A DNA stretch of 64,000 nt from Moniliella sp. 'wahieum' (lineage: Eukaryota): the NCBI GenBank assembly GCA_003971905.1, contig RSEE01000024.1, positions 124,001 to 188,000 on the forward strand, given 5' to 3'. Below are positions 10,176 to 21,694 of the stretch, in pieces; the first letter of the stretch is position 1; each line of letters opens with the position of its first letter. The notes beneath the pieces are model-generated. The model was not told where the DNA came from and did not search any database. It saw nothing but the letters and a program-made list of their open reading frames with translations. A program made the translations under genes and the position numbers.

Positions 10176-13100
10176 ATGCCGCCGCTGGATGCCCCCTCTG
10201 CGCCCGCGCCGCCTGCTCCTGCTCCTGCTCCCGACGCTGCGCATGCGCATCCTCACCCGCATCCACCTGCCCGTGTAGGTGGAAGCGGAGGCGGAGGTGT
10301 CGTGGACGAGGCCGCTGGCGACGACGGCGGCGCTGCCCCTGCTGGTGCGGGCCGCGCGGCGTGCCTGTGCCTCAACATCCAGATCCACGTCTCTGGCCCG
10401 GCCCAGCGCCAGGCAGCCGTGCATGCTGCCGGCTCCGGTGCTGTGTCCCCGCTGCCGCCCACCGCCGCCCAGCTGCACGCGAACCTGTGTCCGATTGCCG
10501 AGACGGGCATCACGGTGGTATGTCCCCCCCTGCCCCGCTCCGATGTGGCCCCGTGTGTGTGCTGAGCGCTGACGCCCCCTCGTTTCTCCCCGCTACCCCA
10601 GTCTCCTCCAGCGCCAGACCGTCGTCGTCGACCGCACCGAGTATGCCGCCCAGCAGTGCCGTCTGTGCCGCACCATTGTCTATGCCGTCGACAAGGCGGC
10701 CCAGACGGCCACGCGCCGTGTCAGTGGCTTCCATGTCCGCCCTGCCGACCCTGCCACGCCCGACACGCCCGCCGCCCAGCCTCCTCACCCGCCCACCCGC
10801 TCCCGCAGCGGAACCCTCGTCGCCCCCGACACCGCCTCCATGCCCCCCACCCTGCTCCGCCCCGTCAATGGCACTGTCTGGGTCCTCTCGTCGGCTCTCG
10901 ACCAGAACGGCATTGCGCGTGCCCTCGCTTCGCCCCTCTTCTCCCGCACCTACCGCCTCTGTCTTCCCCCCGGTGCCGCCTCGGCCCCCAGCAAGCCCAG
11001 CGCGTCCCGCCTCTCCAACGCAAGCCCCGCCCGCGTTGCTACCATTCGCCGTTCCTCCGTCTCCCGTGCTACCCCAGGGTCCGTCTCAGGTTCGAGGGAA
11101 GCCAGTCTGTCTCCCGAACGCGCTCATGCCCTGGCCCTTCACCAGTTCACCCTTCGTGTCCCGCCTTTGGCGCCTTCGCTGGCGACGCCGGCCGGCACCG
11201 AGACGGTGCGCGAGGACCTACTGGACACGGCCCGCTCGCACATTGATGAGCTCCGGCGCCGCTTCCAGACCCAGTTGACGGCCATGCACAGTTTGTATGA
11301 GAAACAGTTGGCTCAGGCTACCGCCCGCGCCTTGGAGGAGGAGGTGGGACTTACGGAAGCTGCCTCGACCGATCGAGAGGCCGTGCCGCCCAACTATGGT
11401 GCTGCGTCTTACATCCGTCCCCACGAAGCCAAACACGGGTTTGCCTTTGACCCTCCCGTTGCTTCTTCGCCCTCGTTGGAGCAGACAAAGCCGCTGTTCA
11501 AGACACCTGCCTTTGCTGTTCCGGACGAGGCAGAGGAGCTGTTTGTCCGTCGGCCGTCGACCCTGAGTGCCAGCTTGCATCAGACTGGTGGTGTTAGCGC
11601 GCTCTCGGCTTCTTTGGCCCGCACTTCGTTCATGCCGCCGCCTCCGTCTACGGAGCAGGACCTGGCCCCAGACGAGGCGCCCGAGGAAGCACATGACGCT
11701 CGCCAGCTGGATATCCTTCCTGAGGATGCCGAGCCGGAGGAGGGGGCGGTCGACCAGGTAGCTGCAAACCAGGAGGTGCAGGCTGAGGTAAAGTCCAAGT
11801 ACAACCCGGCTCACCTTCAGGATACGTTGGACGATCCTGCGTTTGCTATGCGAAGCGACTATGACGGCGATCGGCTCAACAAGGAACTTCACCCCCAGGC
11901 CAAGATCCCTGCGGGAGGGGGCGTTGCGATTCCGCCACAGCAAGAGGAAGAGTTGGAGGAAGGTGCGGCGTTTTTGATGGACGAGGACCTGGATCCGTTG
12001 GAGCCGTCTACAGAGCAACAGGCGAGCCAGACGTGGACGAGAAAGTCGGTCGTGGCAGCAGCGGGGCCGCGGGCGAGCACGACGTTGGACCCACGCCCTT
12101 TCTCGGACATGGTACGCCAAGCTGCGTTTGAGGGCAAGTGGGATAACCCCGCGGCGCAGGGAAGTCACCCTGGACGTGGTGTCGAGGATGAGGACAGCGA
12201 GACGGAGGATGCGCCATACATCCGCCTTCTCATTCGATCGGCCGCGCCTCAATCTCCGTCCCGCCCTCGCACCGTCCGTTGGGCGTGAGTGCGAAACCGT
12301 TCCAGTTGGAGGGCGAACAGCGCTGGATGGCAGCTCGTACCAATCCGCGTTTCGGAGGTGGGTTTAGTGACACTGCCTCGGACGCCGGGGACGATGCGTC
12401 GACGACATCGGGTGCGTCGGGGTTGGGCGCTCCGGCGTTGGGCACATCGGTGAGCGCGATTGCGATTACAACGTCCCGGATTGGCTTCCGTACCGACGGC
12501 TCGACCGAAGGAGACAAGCGCAGCGGGTACGAGCGCCAACCCAAGACGTCGTTGCCGTTGGGGGAGAAACGGCTGGTACCACCGCTGATGATCAACCAGT
12601 CCCGTCGTCTGGCCCCTATCCCGGCCAGCCCGAGTCCCAAGAACCCGCTCACGCATCGGATCAAGCAACTCAACCATTTCCCAGTCGGCGAAAGTCCTCG
12701 CGCCCAAGGCCGTCGGCCGATGATGGCGCAATCGATGATGCCCATGGTGGGCAGTCTGACCCAGCGCGGATTTACCGCGCCCTTTGTCCGTGCGGCTGCG
12801 CCGCCACCGTCGACGCCGAACTTGAGCAAGGCGCCTGCTGCGTCGGCCTTGTCGGGGGCTGGAAAGAAGGCAACGGCGGTGGCCCGGCCGGCGTATGTTC
12901 GTCCCCCCCGCCAACCAGTCTCGGCATTCGTCTGGAGCCCAACCCAGCGGACTATCCTACGTCCATCCCGCTCTTTGCTGTGCCCGTGTCGGAAGAGTTT
13001 GCTGCGACCGAGCAGGCTGAGCAGGCGATCGGGTTCCAGAAGACCCACGTCGGACCCTGGAGTTTATGCATGCCCTGTTCCAGCTCAAGATGAGACCTCG

Positions 13101-13650
13101 TACCGGCTGGTTGCACCATCGTGTGCCCGCCGAGGGGGTCGAGTCGATTTCGGACCACATGTACCGGATGGCCATCCTGGCGCTCCTCTTGCCGGAAGAT
13201 GACGTGGACATTGGGCGGTGTGTGCAGCTGGCGCTGGTGCATGACCTGGCCGAGGCCGAGGTGGGCGATCTGACACCGCTCGACGGAGTGGACAAGCCGG
13301 AGAAGGAGCGGCGGGAACGGGAGGCGATTGAGCATCTGGTGCATGACCATCTCGCCAGTTCGCCCGCCGGCATGCGCATCTTGACGCTGTGGAACGAGTA
13401 TGAGGAACGGGCGAGCCGGGAGGCGCGGTTGGTCAAGGATTTGGACCGGTTCGAACTGGCCTTGCAGGCGTTTGAGTACGAACGCGAGTATGGCATTGTG
13501 GATCTCCAAGGCTTTTACCGCGGATCCTTGCCGTTCCTCTCCCATCCGCGCCAGCGCACCTGGGCCACCGCCTTGGCCCTCCAGCGCGCCCAGTTCTGGT
13601 CCCAGCATGGCCACGCCTATGTCCAGCGGGAACATGAGGCTGATGTGTAA
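10176..13650 (+). CDS. Long protein: N-terminal CxC...CxxC Zn module plus coiled coil (PRAS40/Lobe N-terminal-like), disordered middle with FLMDE motif, C-terminal HD domain; intron 10518-10611
   Basis: Exon 1 ..ACLCLNIQIHV..ETGITV, GTATGT..GCTGAC..CAG intron, exon 2 RQTVVVDRTEYAAQQCRLCRTIVYA..ASPLFSRTYRLCL; frame continues into the HD domain if single bases are restored near 12222, 12935 and 13027. Confidence 0.6.
13066..13650 (+). CDS. HD-domain 5'-deoxynucleotidase (HDDC2/YfbR/YGK1 family); probably the C-terminal domain of the 10176 gene
   Basis: LK..PRTGW, ESISDHMYRMA, ALVHDLAEAEVGDLTP, LWNEYE..S.EARLVKDLDRFELALQAFEYE. Confidence 0.93.
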   Translation: MHALFQLKMRPRTGWLHHRVPAEGVESISDHMYRMAILALLLPEDDVDIGRCVQLALVHDLAEAEVGDLTPLDGVDKPEKERREREAIEHLVHDHLASSPAGMRILTLWNEYEERASREARLVKDLDRFELALQAFEYEREYGIVDLQGFYRGSLPFLSHPRQRTWATALALQRAQFWSQHGHAYVQREHEADV

Positions 13651-14266
13651 CTTGTAACCTGTAACCAGTTTCCTTCTCCTCAACCCCAACCCCCTAACCC
13701 CAACCCCCCAAACCCAAACCCCCAGCCTCCAGCTGCGGCTCGGATGGCTTCCTGTCTGGCCTGCTCGTCCTGCCCCCCAGCCTGGCCTCAGCTCGCACCT
13801 GATGGGGCTGATGGCGGGACTGGACTCGTCTTGCCTCGCAATTACCGTGCTTCCTGTGCGCCCTGTGACCTGTGTGGCGCATCTGTGATGATCGAATGAT
13901 CGATGGTGGGCCGTATGGCCTGTGCTTTTATTCACCGTGCGCCGCGTGCGTTTGTAGTGTTGTCCTGGTCGGCTCTGGTGTGCGCTTGAGCTGAGAAGGA
14001 GCGGGAAGAAGTCGGTTGGGCCAGGGGGAAACACTTTTGGTTGGTCAAGCAAGCAGTAGCTAGTGACTGGTGCCTAGTAGCTTAGTAGCGCCGCCACGGA
14101 CAGTGGAATCTAAGTAAGGCCCAAGGGGCTAACCCTAGTGTGCATGCAAACCCTAAGCGAGAACAACACTCGCAATCCCCAACGCGTCCGCCTGCTCGGC
14201 TCTCCAATCGATCTCATCCTCTCTTCGACCATCGCCATCACCACCGCCCCCACCACCACCACCACC

Positions 14267-17024
14267 ATGGAGCGGATCCAAGCCGATCGCAAGCGCGTCT
14301 TTGACGCCTCCCCATCCAAGTCACCCGCCAAGACGCCCCTCCACAAGCCCCCGGGCCCCCCCAACGCGCCCATCCTCATCCCCGAGTCCCCGCTGGCCCA
14401 GCGCCGCCCCCCCCCGCGCTGCCCGTCGGCGCTGCCCGCATGGCATTCCGCCCGCCCATGCCGCCTCGTCCTCCCCACACGCCAAGCAATGTCCATCGAC
14501 CCGTGCTCATCAATATGCTCCCCGACGACGCGCCTCTGCCACCCACGTCTCCCTACCTCCCTTCCCCGACCAAGCACAAGTCGCATGCCAAGACCCCTGC
14601 CACCCCCTCTCGGCCGTCGTCGTCCGCTGTGAACCCGTCGTCGTCCGCTGTGAACCCGTCGTCGTCCCACGTTCCTGCTCCTGTGTCTTTCTCTGCTCCT
14701 CCTGCCGCTGCATTGGCAGAACCTGTCAACTGGGAAGAGCCGTTACCGCCCGCGTCGGGTCCGCATGTGACGTCCGAGGAACGAGAACGGCTGATTAAGG
14801 AACTGTTCGAGGCCGAGGCTGCCATGGTCAACCTCGATCTCGCGGCCGAGGAGAACCAAACTGAAGCCCTGTCGCGGCGGTCTCATGTCCCAGGTATGGT
14901 TTGCCCCCTGATGCCTCACCAGGTTCTTGGTATGGACTGGCTCCGTTCGCGCGAGGCTGGCGCGCACAAGGCGGGCATCTTGGCGGATGACATGGGACTA
15001 GGCAAGACAGTGCAGATGATTGCGTTGGTGGTGTCCAACCGTCGAGACGCACCGGATCCTACCATTCGCTTTCGCCCACAATCCGGACGGGGAAAATCAT
15101 CCCCCAAGGAGATTGACCCCCTTACCTTGCCCCGCCCCACCCTCGTGGTGGCGCCCTTGGCGGTCATCCGCCAATGGGCAGACGAGTTTGCGTCGAAAAC
15201 AAATTGTGGTCTGCGGGTCCTGGTTCATCATGGCAAGACCAAGGCCAAGACGGCGGCGCAACTGGCACGGCAGGATGTGGTGGTGACCACGTACGATACG
15301 TGCAAAGTCGAGCTGGCTGCGCATTTGGCTTCGCTCAACACCCCTGCTGACCAACAAGAGCCGGCGACCGAACCCAAGAAGCGCTCCCGCTTGCCTGTCA
15401 CGCACGATTCCGAGGACGAACTTTCCTCCTCGGCCCAAGAGTCGGAAGACAGCGACGATGAACCCATCGGGTCTTCTCAACGTGCCGCGAGCGCTCGTGG
15501 TCGTGGTCGTGGCCAAAGCCGAGGGCGGGGCCGTGGGCGAGGCGGTTCGACAGCGGGAACGTCCTCGACAGGGCGACCGAAAGTGAGAATTGCGCCGCAC
15601 CCGCTCTTTGAGCTGGATTGGCTGCGGGTCGTTTTGGATGAGGCGCAGAACGTGAAGAACCATCGAACCAAGGGCTCGGAAGCAGTGTGCATGCTGGGAT
15701 CCCGGGCAGAAGCTCGGTGGTGCTTGTCGGGAACGCCTATTCAAAACAACGTGATGGAACTCTACTCGCTGATCAGGTTTTTGCGCGTGCCGCCGTTTGA
15801 TGATATGAAACTCTTCAAGACCAAGATTGCTGCCCCGCTCCAATCCAGCTCCCAAGCCCAAGTGAGTTGGGGCTTGCGTCGCCTCCGGACACTGCAAGGC
15901 CCGTTGCTATTGCGACGGACCAAAGATACCAAACTAGATGGCAAGAGCCTGATCCATCTCCCGCCCAAGCACGTCCACCTCCTCTCTTTTGATTTTGCCG
16001 ATCCGACCGAACGTGCCTTCTACTCGAGCTTGGAAGAACAGATGCGCAAAGTGATCGATGGCGGTACCGACGCGGCTCAGGCTGAGCAGATTGGTCACAT
16101 CCAAGCCCTCGTCATGCTGCTCCGCCTACGGCAGGCGTGCAACCATCCTGCCCTGACAATGTCCAGAAAGGATGTGGATGCAGATGCCGTTGCGCCGCCT
16201 CCGCCAGCGCCAGCGGGGCAAACGCAAGATGACGAGACGGATTTGCTTACGGCTGCGTTGGAGCGCATGTCGGTAACGAAAAGATGTGATTTATGCAACG
16301 TGCTCTTGCCCACCGACTTTGATGGGCTGCGCTGCGCTGCCTGTGCGGCTCAAGTGGCCGAAGCCAATGCGAAGCGGCACTGGCAAGCGCCGTTGACGCC
16401 TTCGTCCAAGATCGAAAAGATGCTCGATACCTTGGCTAAGATCCGGGCTGGCGAGGTGGTCGTTCCCCCTTCGTCCGAGGAGGGGAAGGCAGAGGACGGC
16501 GCACCGGCCTCCTCGGTTGATCCGCCTCGGCCTGAAGGAGGGGAGAAAACAATTGTGTTTTCGCAGTTCACTTCCTTCCTCAACTTGGTCGAGCCGTTCT
16601 TGCAGCGGGAGGATACAACTATGTGCGGTACGATGGCAGCATGTCAGCGCCGGAGCGGGAAGCGGCGTTGCATGCGATTCGGACCGACCCGAGGGTGACG
16701 GTGATTCTCATCTCGTTCCGGTCGGGCAGTACGGGGCTAAACTTAACGTGCTGCAACCATGTGGTACTGATGGACTTGTGGTGGAACCCGCAGCTGGAAG
16801 AGCAGGCGTTTGATCGTGCCCATCGCTTGGGCCAGGAACGGGCGGTGCACGTGTACAAGTTGGCGATTGCCCACTCGGTCGAGCAGCGCTTGTTGGATGT
16901 GCAGGACAAGAAACGCCAGTTGGCCAACTCGGCGCTGGCAGGCCAAAAGCTCAAAAAGGGCGAGAGCCGAGCCAAGCTGTCGTGGCAGGAACTTATGTAC
17001 CTCTTCAATGTCGATCCTCAGTAA
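14267..17024 (+). CDS. SNF2-family DNA-dependent ATPase, Rad5/Rad16/Uls1-like (frameshifts near 14410 and 16610)
   Basis: LMPHQ, GILADDMGLGKTVQ, TLVVAPLAVIRQW, VVVTTYD, RVVLDEAQ, RWCLSGTPIQN, LLRLRQACNHP, KTIVFSQFTSFL, YDGSM, GLNLT..DLWWNP..EEQAFDRAHRLGQ. Confidence 0.93.
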
Positions 17025-17510
17025 CTGGGCGGGGTTGCGTTGCACTCGAAGTCGCGGTCGGGGTCGGGATCGGGGTCACCGGTCAGGACCGAATCGTTTG
17101 CTCTTCCTCCCCGTCTTGTCTTTTCCCCCACCTTATCCTTTTTTTGTCTTCCTCCTCGTTCTCTCTTCCTTGGCAACTGCTCTTGACGATTGGGTCGAGG
17201 CAGGACGGAACGCTATAGGACCCTTATTCAGAACCAGTTAACTACATTACGTTACGTTACATTACGTTGGGGCTGCCCCATAGCTCCCGCCTAACTAGAC
17301 AACACAGCCCCCATCTAACTCGACAACACACCCAGCAAGCTAAGTACAAAGCACGGCGCAGGACCCGCCGAATAGAATGCATAGCGGCTGCCCGCCTACG
17401 TTTGGCTGGGGGAAAAGACAGTGGCAGGGCGATCCTCATATACAGTCCTCGCCCGCAGAGGCAAAAAAGCAGGAATCCAGAACCAAGCATCAGGCCTCAG
17501 ACCACAGGCC

Positions 17511-18979
17511 TCAGGATTGGAAGAGCAAGCTAGCCGCCACCTCAACGTTGCCCCCCGCCGCATGCAGCAACTGGATCGCCTGGGCATCCGACGCGCCTAG
17601 GTCCTGAAGGATTTTGATCGACGCTTCGGGGAACGTGGCGGCGGCGCAGTGGGGGCGGAGGACACAGAGGGAGCAGAAGGAGCTGTAGATGGGGCGGCAG
17701 AGGAAGTAGACACAGACGTGGACGTGAGGCTGGGGTTGGGGGCGGTGGGGTTGGGTGCACCAGAGGCCGGGGCAGCGCCAAGGGTTTGCCCAGAGCCAGG
17801 GAAAGTGGACCCGCTGGGCCCAGAGGCCGCGCCAGGAAGGGAAGTGGGTGCCTGAGCGGCCGAGGTGAAGGAGGTAGGGGCATCGGGGTCGGTGCCGACA
17901 GTCTCGTCGCGTGCTTGCGGGGGCAGCTCATGTTCATCGAGGAAACGGATTTCTTCCTGGCCGATGACGAGGCAATTTTTGCGCAAATCAATGCACGCTT
18001 GGAACCGACGCAGCATGTCCAACCCAAACAGCAAATCTACCTGCCGGTTCTCCATAATCGTAAACGAGCACGGCAGGAACAAGTTGGGTCCCAAGCGGAT
18101 CTGGGCCGAATGAACCCGGCCCAAAATCTTGGCTTCGCCCACACCGCGCGCCACGCCTTCAAACCGTCGGTCAATCAGCCGCATGATCCCGCACCGTTCA
18201 GCACATTGCGGTGACATGATCGTTGCCTGTGCACCCGAGTCGACAAACGCCTTGACCGGTGTACCTTCCACCCATGTGTCCACATACAGCATCGTTACCC
18301 GGCCAAAGGACTCGGGCGAATACTCCATCGCATGTTCCAAGTTTTCCAGCACCCGTTCTTGCCGGATCGCCTCTTCGATGCGCGCCTGTGCGGCCGGGTC
18401 AAACGGATCGGCCGCAGCAAGCTCGGCAAACGATTCTTGTTCGGCCAACTGGGACGAAGCGAAAGACCGCTGCGCCTCAATCAGCTGGCGTAGACCTTGT
18501 GTATCGCCCCGTTCCACCGCCGCTGCCGCTTCGGGATGACTGGCACGCAGCTGCGCCATCGCCTGTGGGTTGGCAAGCAACTGTTCCCGCAGCTGGTTGA
18601 GAATCGCCGACTCGTCCACGCCCATTCCTGCAGCAGCAGTGGGGCGGGACGCGGAAGCAGCTGGCGCAGCCGCCGCGGCTTGAGCCGAGGATTCAGCATC
18701 GTCGTCAATGTCGAGCATGATCAGGTCGTCGGCCCCAATGCCGGCCTGAGAGAGGGTTTGGGTGGGTTGGACAAGACGCGTGCCATTGGAGGTGAGCATT
18801 TGTTGCGCAACGGGAATGCCCGTGTCGAGCTCAAGCGCCGCCTTGAACTGGGCAACCGTAGTGGAGCGGAGGGCAAATTCGACCGAGAAGGAGTCGTCGT
18901 TGGTGACAACGGTGAGCATGACCTTGGGGTCGTTGTCAGGGGCGGGGTCGCTGGTGGTGGGGGCGGGCGGGGAAGACAT
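17511..18979 (-). CDS. DDI1: DNA damage-inducible protein Ddi1 (UBL, retroviral-like aspartyl protease, UBA)
   Basis: UBL N-terminus, ADPFD..AQARIEEAIRQ, PESFGRVTMLY, KAFVDSGAQATIMS, LLFGLDMLRR; UBA (FPEASIKILQDLG..AAGGNVEVAASLLF) after a frameshift near 17640. Confidence 0.95.
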
Positions 18980-19664
18980 GGCGGAAGCAGTGGCAGTGGT
19001 GGTGGTGGTGGTGGTGGTGGGTTAGATGCGTCCGCGGGGAAGGCGGTGATAGATGAATATACGCGCTGGTGCCTAGGGTTACCGATGAGCCAGCGTCGGC
19101 CATCGTCGGCCATCACATGACGCGGCCCCCCGCCCCACATCCACACTGGCCCTCTGCCGCCCTTCGACGGGCCTCAGCTCGTTTCGGTGTGGGAGAACGC
19201 AGACGCGGCCTGGGGTTCGTTCGCCGTGGCTTGCGCGTCCGCACGCCGCCCTGGATCCGTCAGTCTATCAGCAGTCGGTCTACTTCTCGTGGGAACAAAA
19301 CGGAGCGCACATCGCCCGACTCAAAAAGGGCATCGCCAACAGACAAGAGATCAATGGATTCGTATGATATGCAACGCATCGAAGCAGGGCGAACGGTGAA
19401 CTGAGGTAAGGCAGTCAACCCTCCAGCCCTGAGGCCCTCAGACCTCATCGGCTCCTAGCTCAGGGACAAGACAGGTAGGTATACAGGGCGGCCCATGTGC
19501 CAGAAACAGAGGGGGTTGGTTGGTTTTTTTGATATCGTTCTCGGGGTTGGGAAGCATTCTCCCCTCCGGCGCCGGTTCGCAAGCTCGTCAACAACGTCTC
19601 CAAAAACAACATCCAAGTCCGACTCGGGAGGGTGGACGGGCGCGGGACACACAGCTTGGAAGAC

Positions 19665-21694
19665 TTAGTGCGTCTCATTGGCCGGCTTGGCATGCGCTGC
19701 CACCACCAGGTCTGCCACTGCCTTGGCTGCCGCCGGGCCCACTACCACGTTCGACGCCGCCGACAGCACAGCCTTGAGACCCGCAGCGGTAATGTCCACG
19801 TCAATCCCCACGCCCCAGTAGCCGGGTGCCTTCTTGGAGCCCAGCGCGGCATCGTCCTCGTCCCGCACCAACTCCACATACGACGCGGCCTGGCCACGAG
19901 TCTTGGAGCCCGAGGAGCGTGTTGGCTGCACACCGGCAATCAGCGAAGCGCGGTCAATCACATGCTCACTGTATTCCCGCACGTGCGCCTTGAGTCCAAA
20001 TGCCTTCTCCAACGCATCCAACAGCGCAGAGATGGCGCCATTGCCCACACCACGCAGCGACGTTGTCTTGCCTCCGCGGGACACTTCGCCGAAAATCGTG
20101 AGGGAATGGGGCGTCTCGGTGCCATTGGCTTGTTGTTGCAGCTCATTCATCAACGACGCGCTCAAATCCTCCGTCTGGCTGGCCGGACCCGTCTGGAGCG
20201 TAAAGGAGCGAAGCACAAACTGGTTCTGATTCTTACCCGCCACAAACGAGGGCAGGTGGTAGTACGTCGTAAATGCCGACACGATATCTTCCGACGTAAT
20301 CTCCCGTCCGGTCCGGTCGGCAATCTCTTGCACCACTTGGTAAAACGCGATTTGCATCCGACGGGGCAAGTCGAGGCCAAGCGCCTGCGCCACCAGGTAG
20401 GCAACGCCGCCCTTGCCCGATTGCGAATTGACACGAATGACAGCTTCGTACGTCGCGCCCAAATCGGCCGGGTCAATAGGCAAGTAGGGGATCTGCCATG
20501 AATTGTTGCCCTTCTCGACTTGGGCCTTGCGCTTGGCAAAGCCCTTCTTGATCGCGTCTTGGTGCGAGCCGGAAAAGGCCGTGTACACCAGCTCGCCAGC
20601 GTAGGGGTGGCGCGGGTGAACAGGAATGTCATTCGACGAAGTGACAACTTCCACAATCGCTTCCATATCGGTCAAATCCAACGGACCCGGCTGAACGCCC
20701 TGGGTGTACAAGTTGAGCGCGAGCGTAACAATGTCCACATTGCCCGTCCGCTCTCCATTGCCCAACAAGCAACCCTCCACCCGGTCCGCACCGGCCAGCA
20801 TGGCCAATTCGGCCGCAGCAACGGCACAGCCCCGATCATTGTGGGGATGGAGCGAAATTGTCATCTTCTCACGGTGAGAAATGTGGGTGGTAAAGTATTC
20901 AATCTGGACAAGAAAAGGTTAAGCCCCACACATGGCAGAGGAACCCAGGCTAGCTCACAAAACAAACGTACCTGGTCAGCATAGTGGTTGGGGGGAGCAA
21001 TCTCGACCGTGGAAGGGAGGTTAAAGATGATCTTGTTGTCGACCGTGGCCTTGCCATACGCCTTGAACACCTCCTCGCAAAGCTCAACGGCAAACTCGGG
21101 TTCGGTTTGGGTAAACGTTTCAGGCGAGTACTCATACCGGAACTGGGTGCCGCCATTTTCAGGCTTGGAGTAGTGGTCAATCAACTCCGACACAATCTTG
21201 GTGTGGGTAACGGCGAGATTGACAGTCTGGGCTTGGTCGTTGCCAAACACCGTTTCGCGGAAGAGGGGCGAAGAGGCATTGTACATGTGCATAATGACGT
21301 GTTTGGCACCCTTAACCGCCTCGAATGTTTTGCGAATCAGCTCTTCCCGCGCCGGGGTGAGGACTTGGATCCAGACGTCATCGGGGATAAGCTCGTGCTC
21401 AATGAGATGGCGAGTAAACGAGTAGTCCGTGTCGGAAGCCGAGGGGAAGGCGATTTCAATCTCCTTAAAGCCAAACTCGACCAACTTGGAGAAGAAGCGC
21501 AGTTTTTGCTCGCCCGACATGGGCTTGACCAACGCCTGGTTGCCGTCACGCAAGTCGACCGAGGTCCAGATGGGGCTGGAGCGTTGGACCTTGTCGGGCC
21601 ATACCCTGGTGGGCAGCTGGGCCTTGGTGAGGGGCGTGTAGGGGACGTACTTGTCCCCTGGGTTCATGGGGGGACCAGCAAGCGGGCACGGCAT
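19665..21694 (-). CDS. LEU4: 2-isopropylmalate synthase; intron 20904-20971
   Basis: [99 protein letters not shown]; intron removal restores the frame. Confidence 0.97.
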
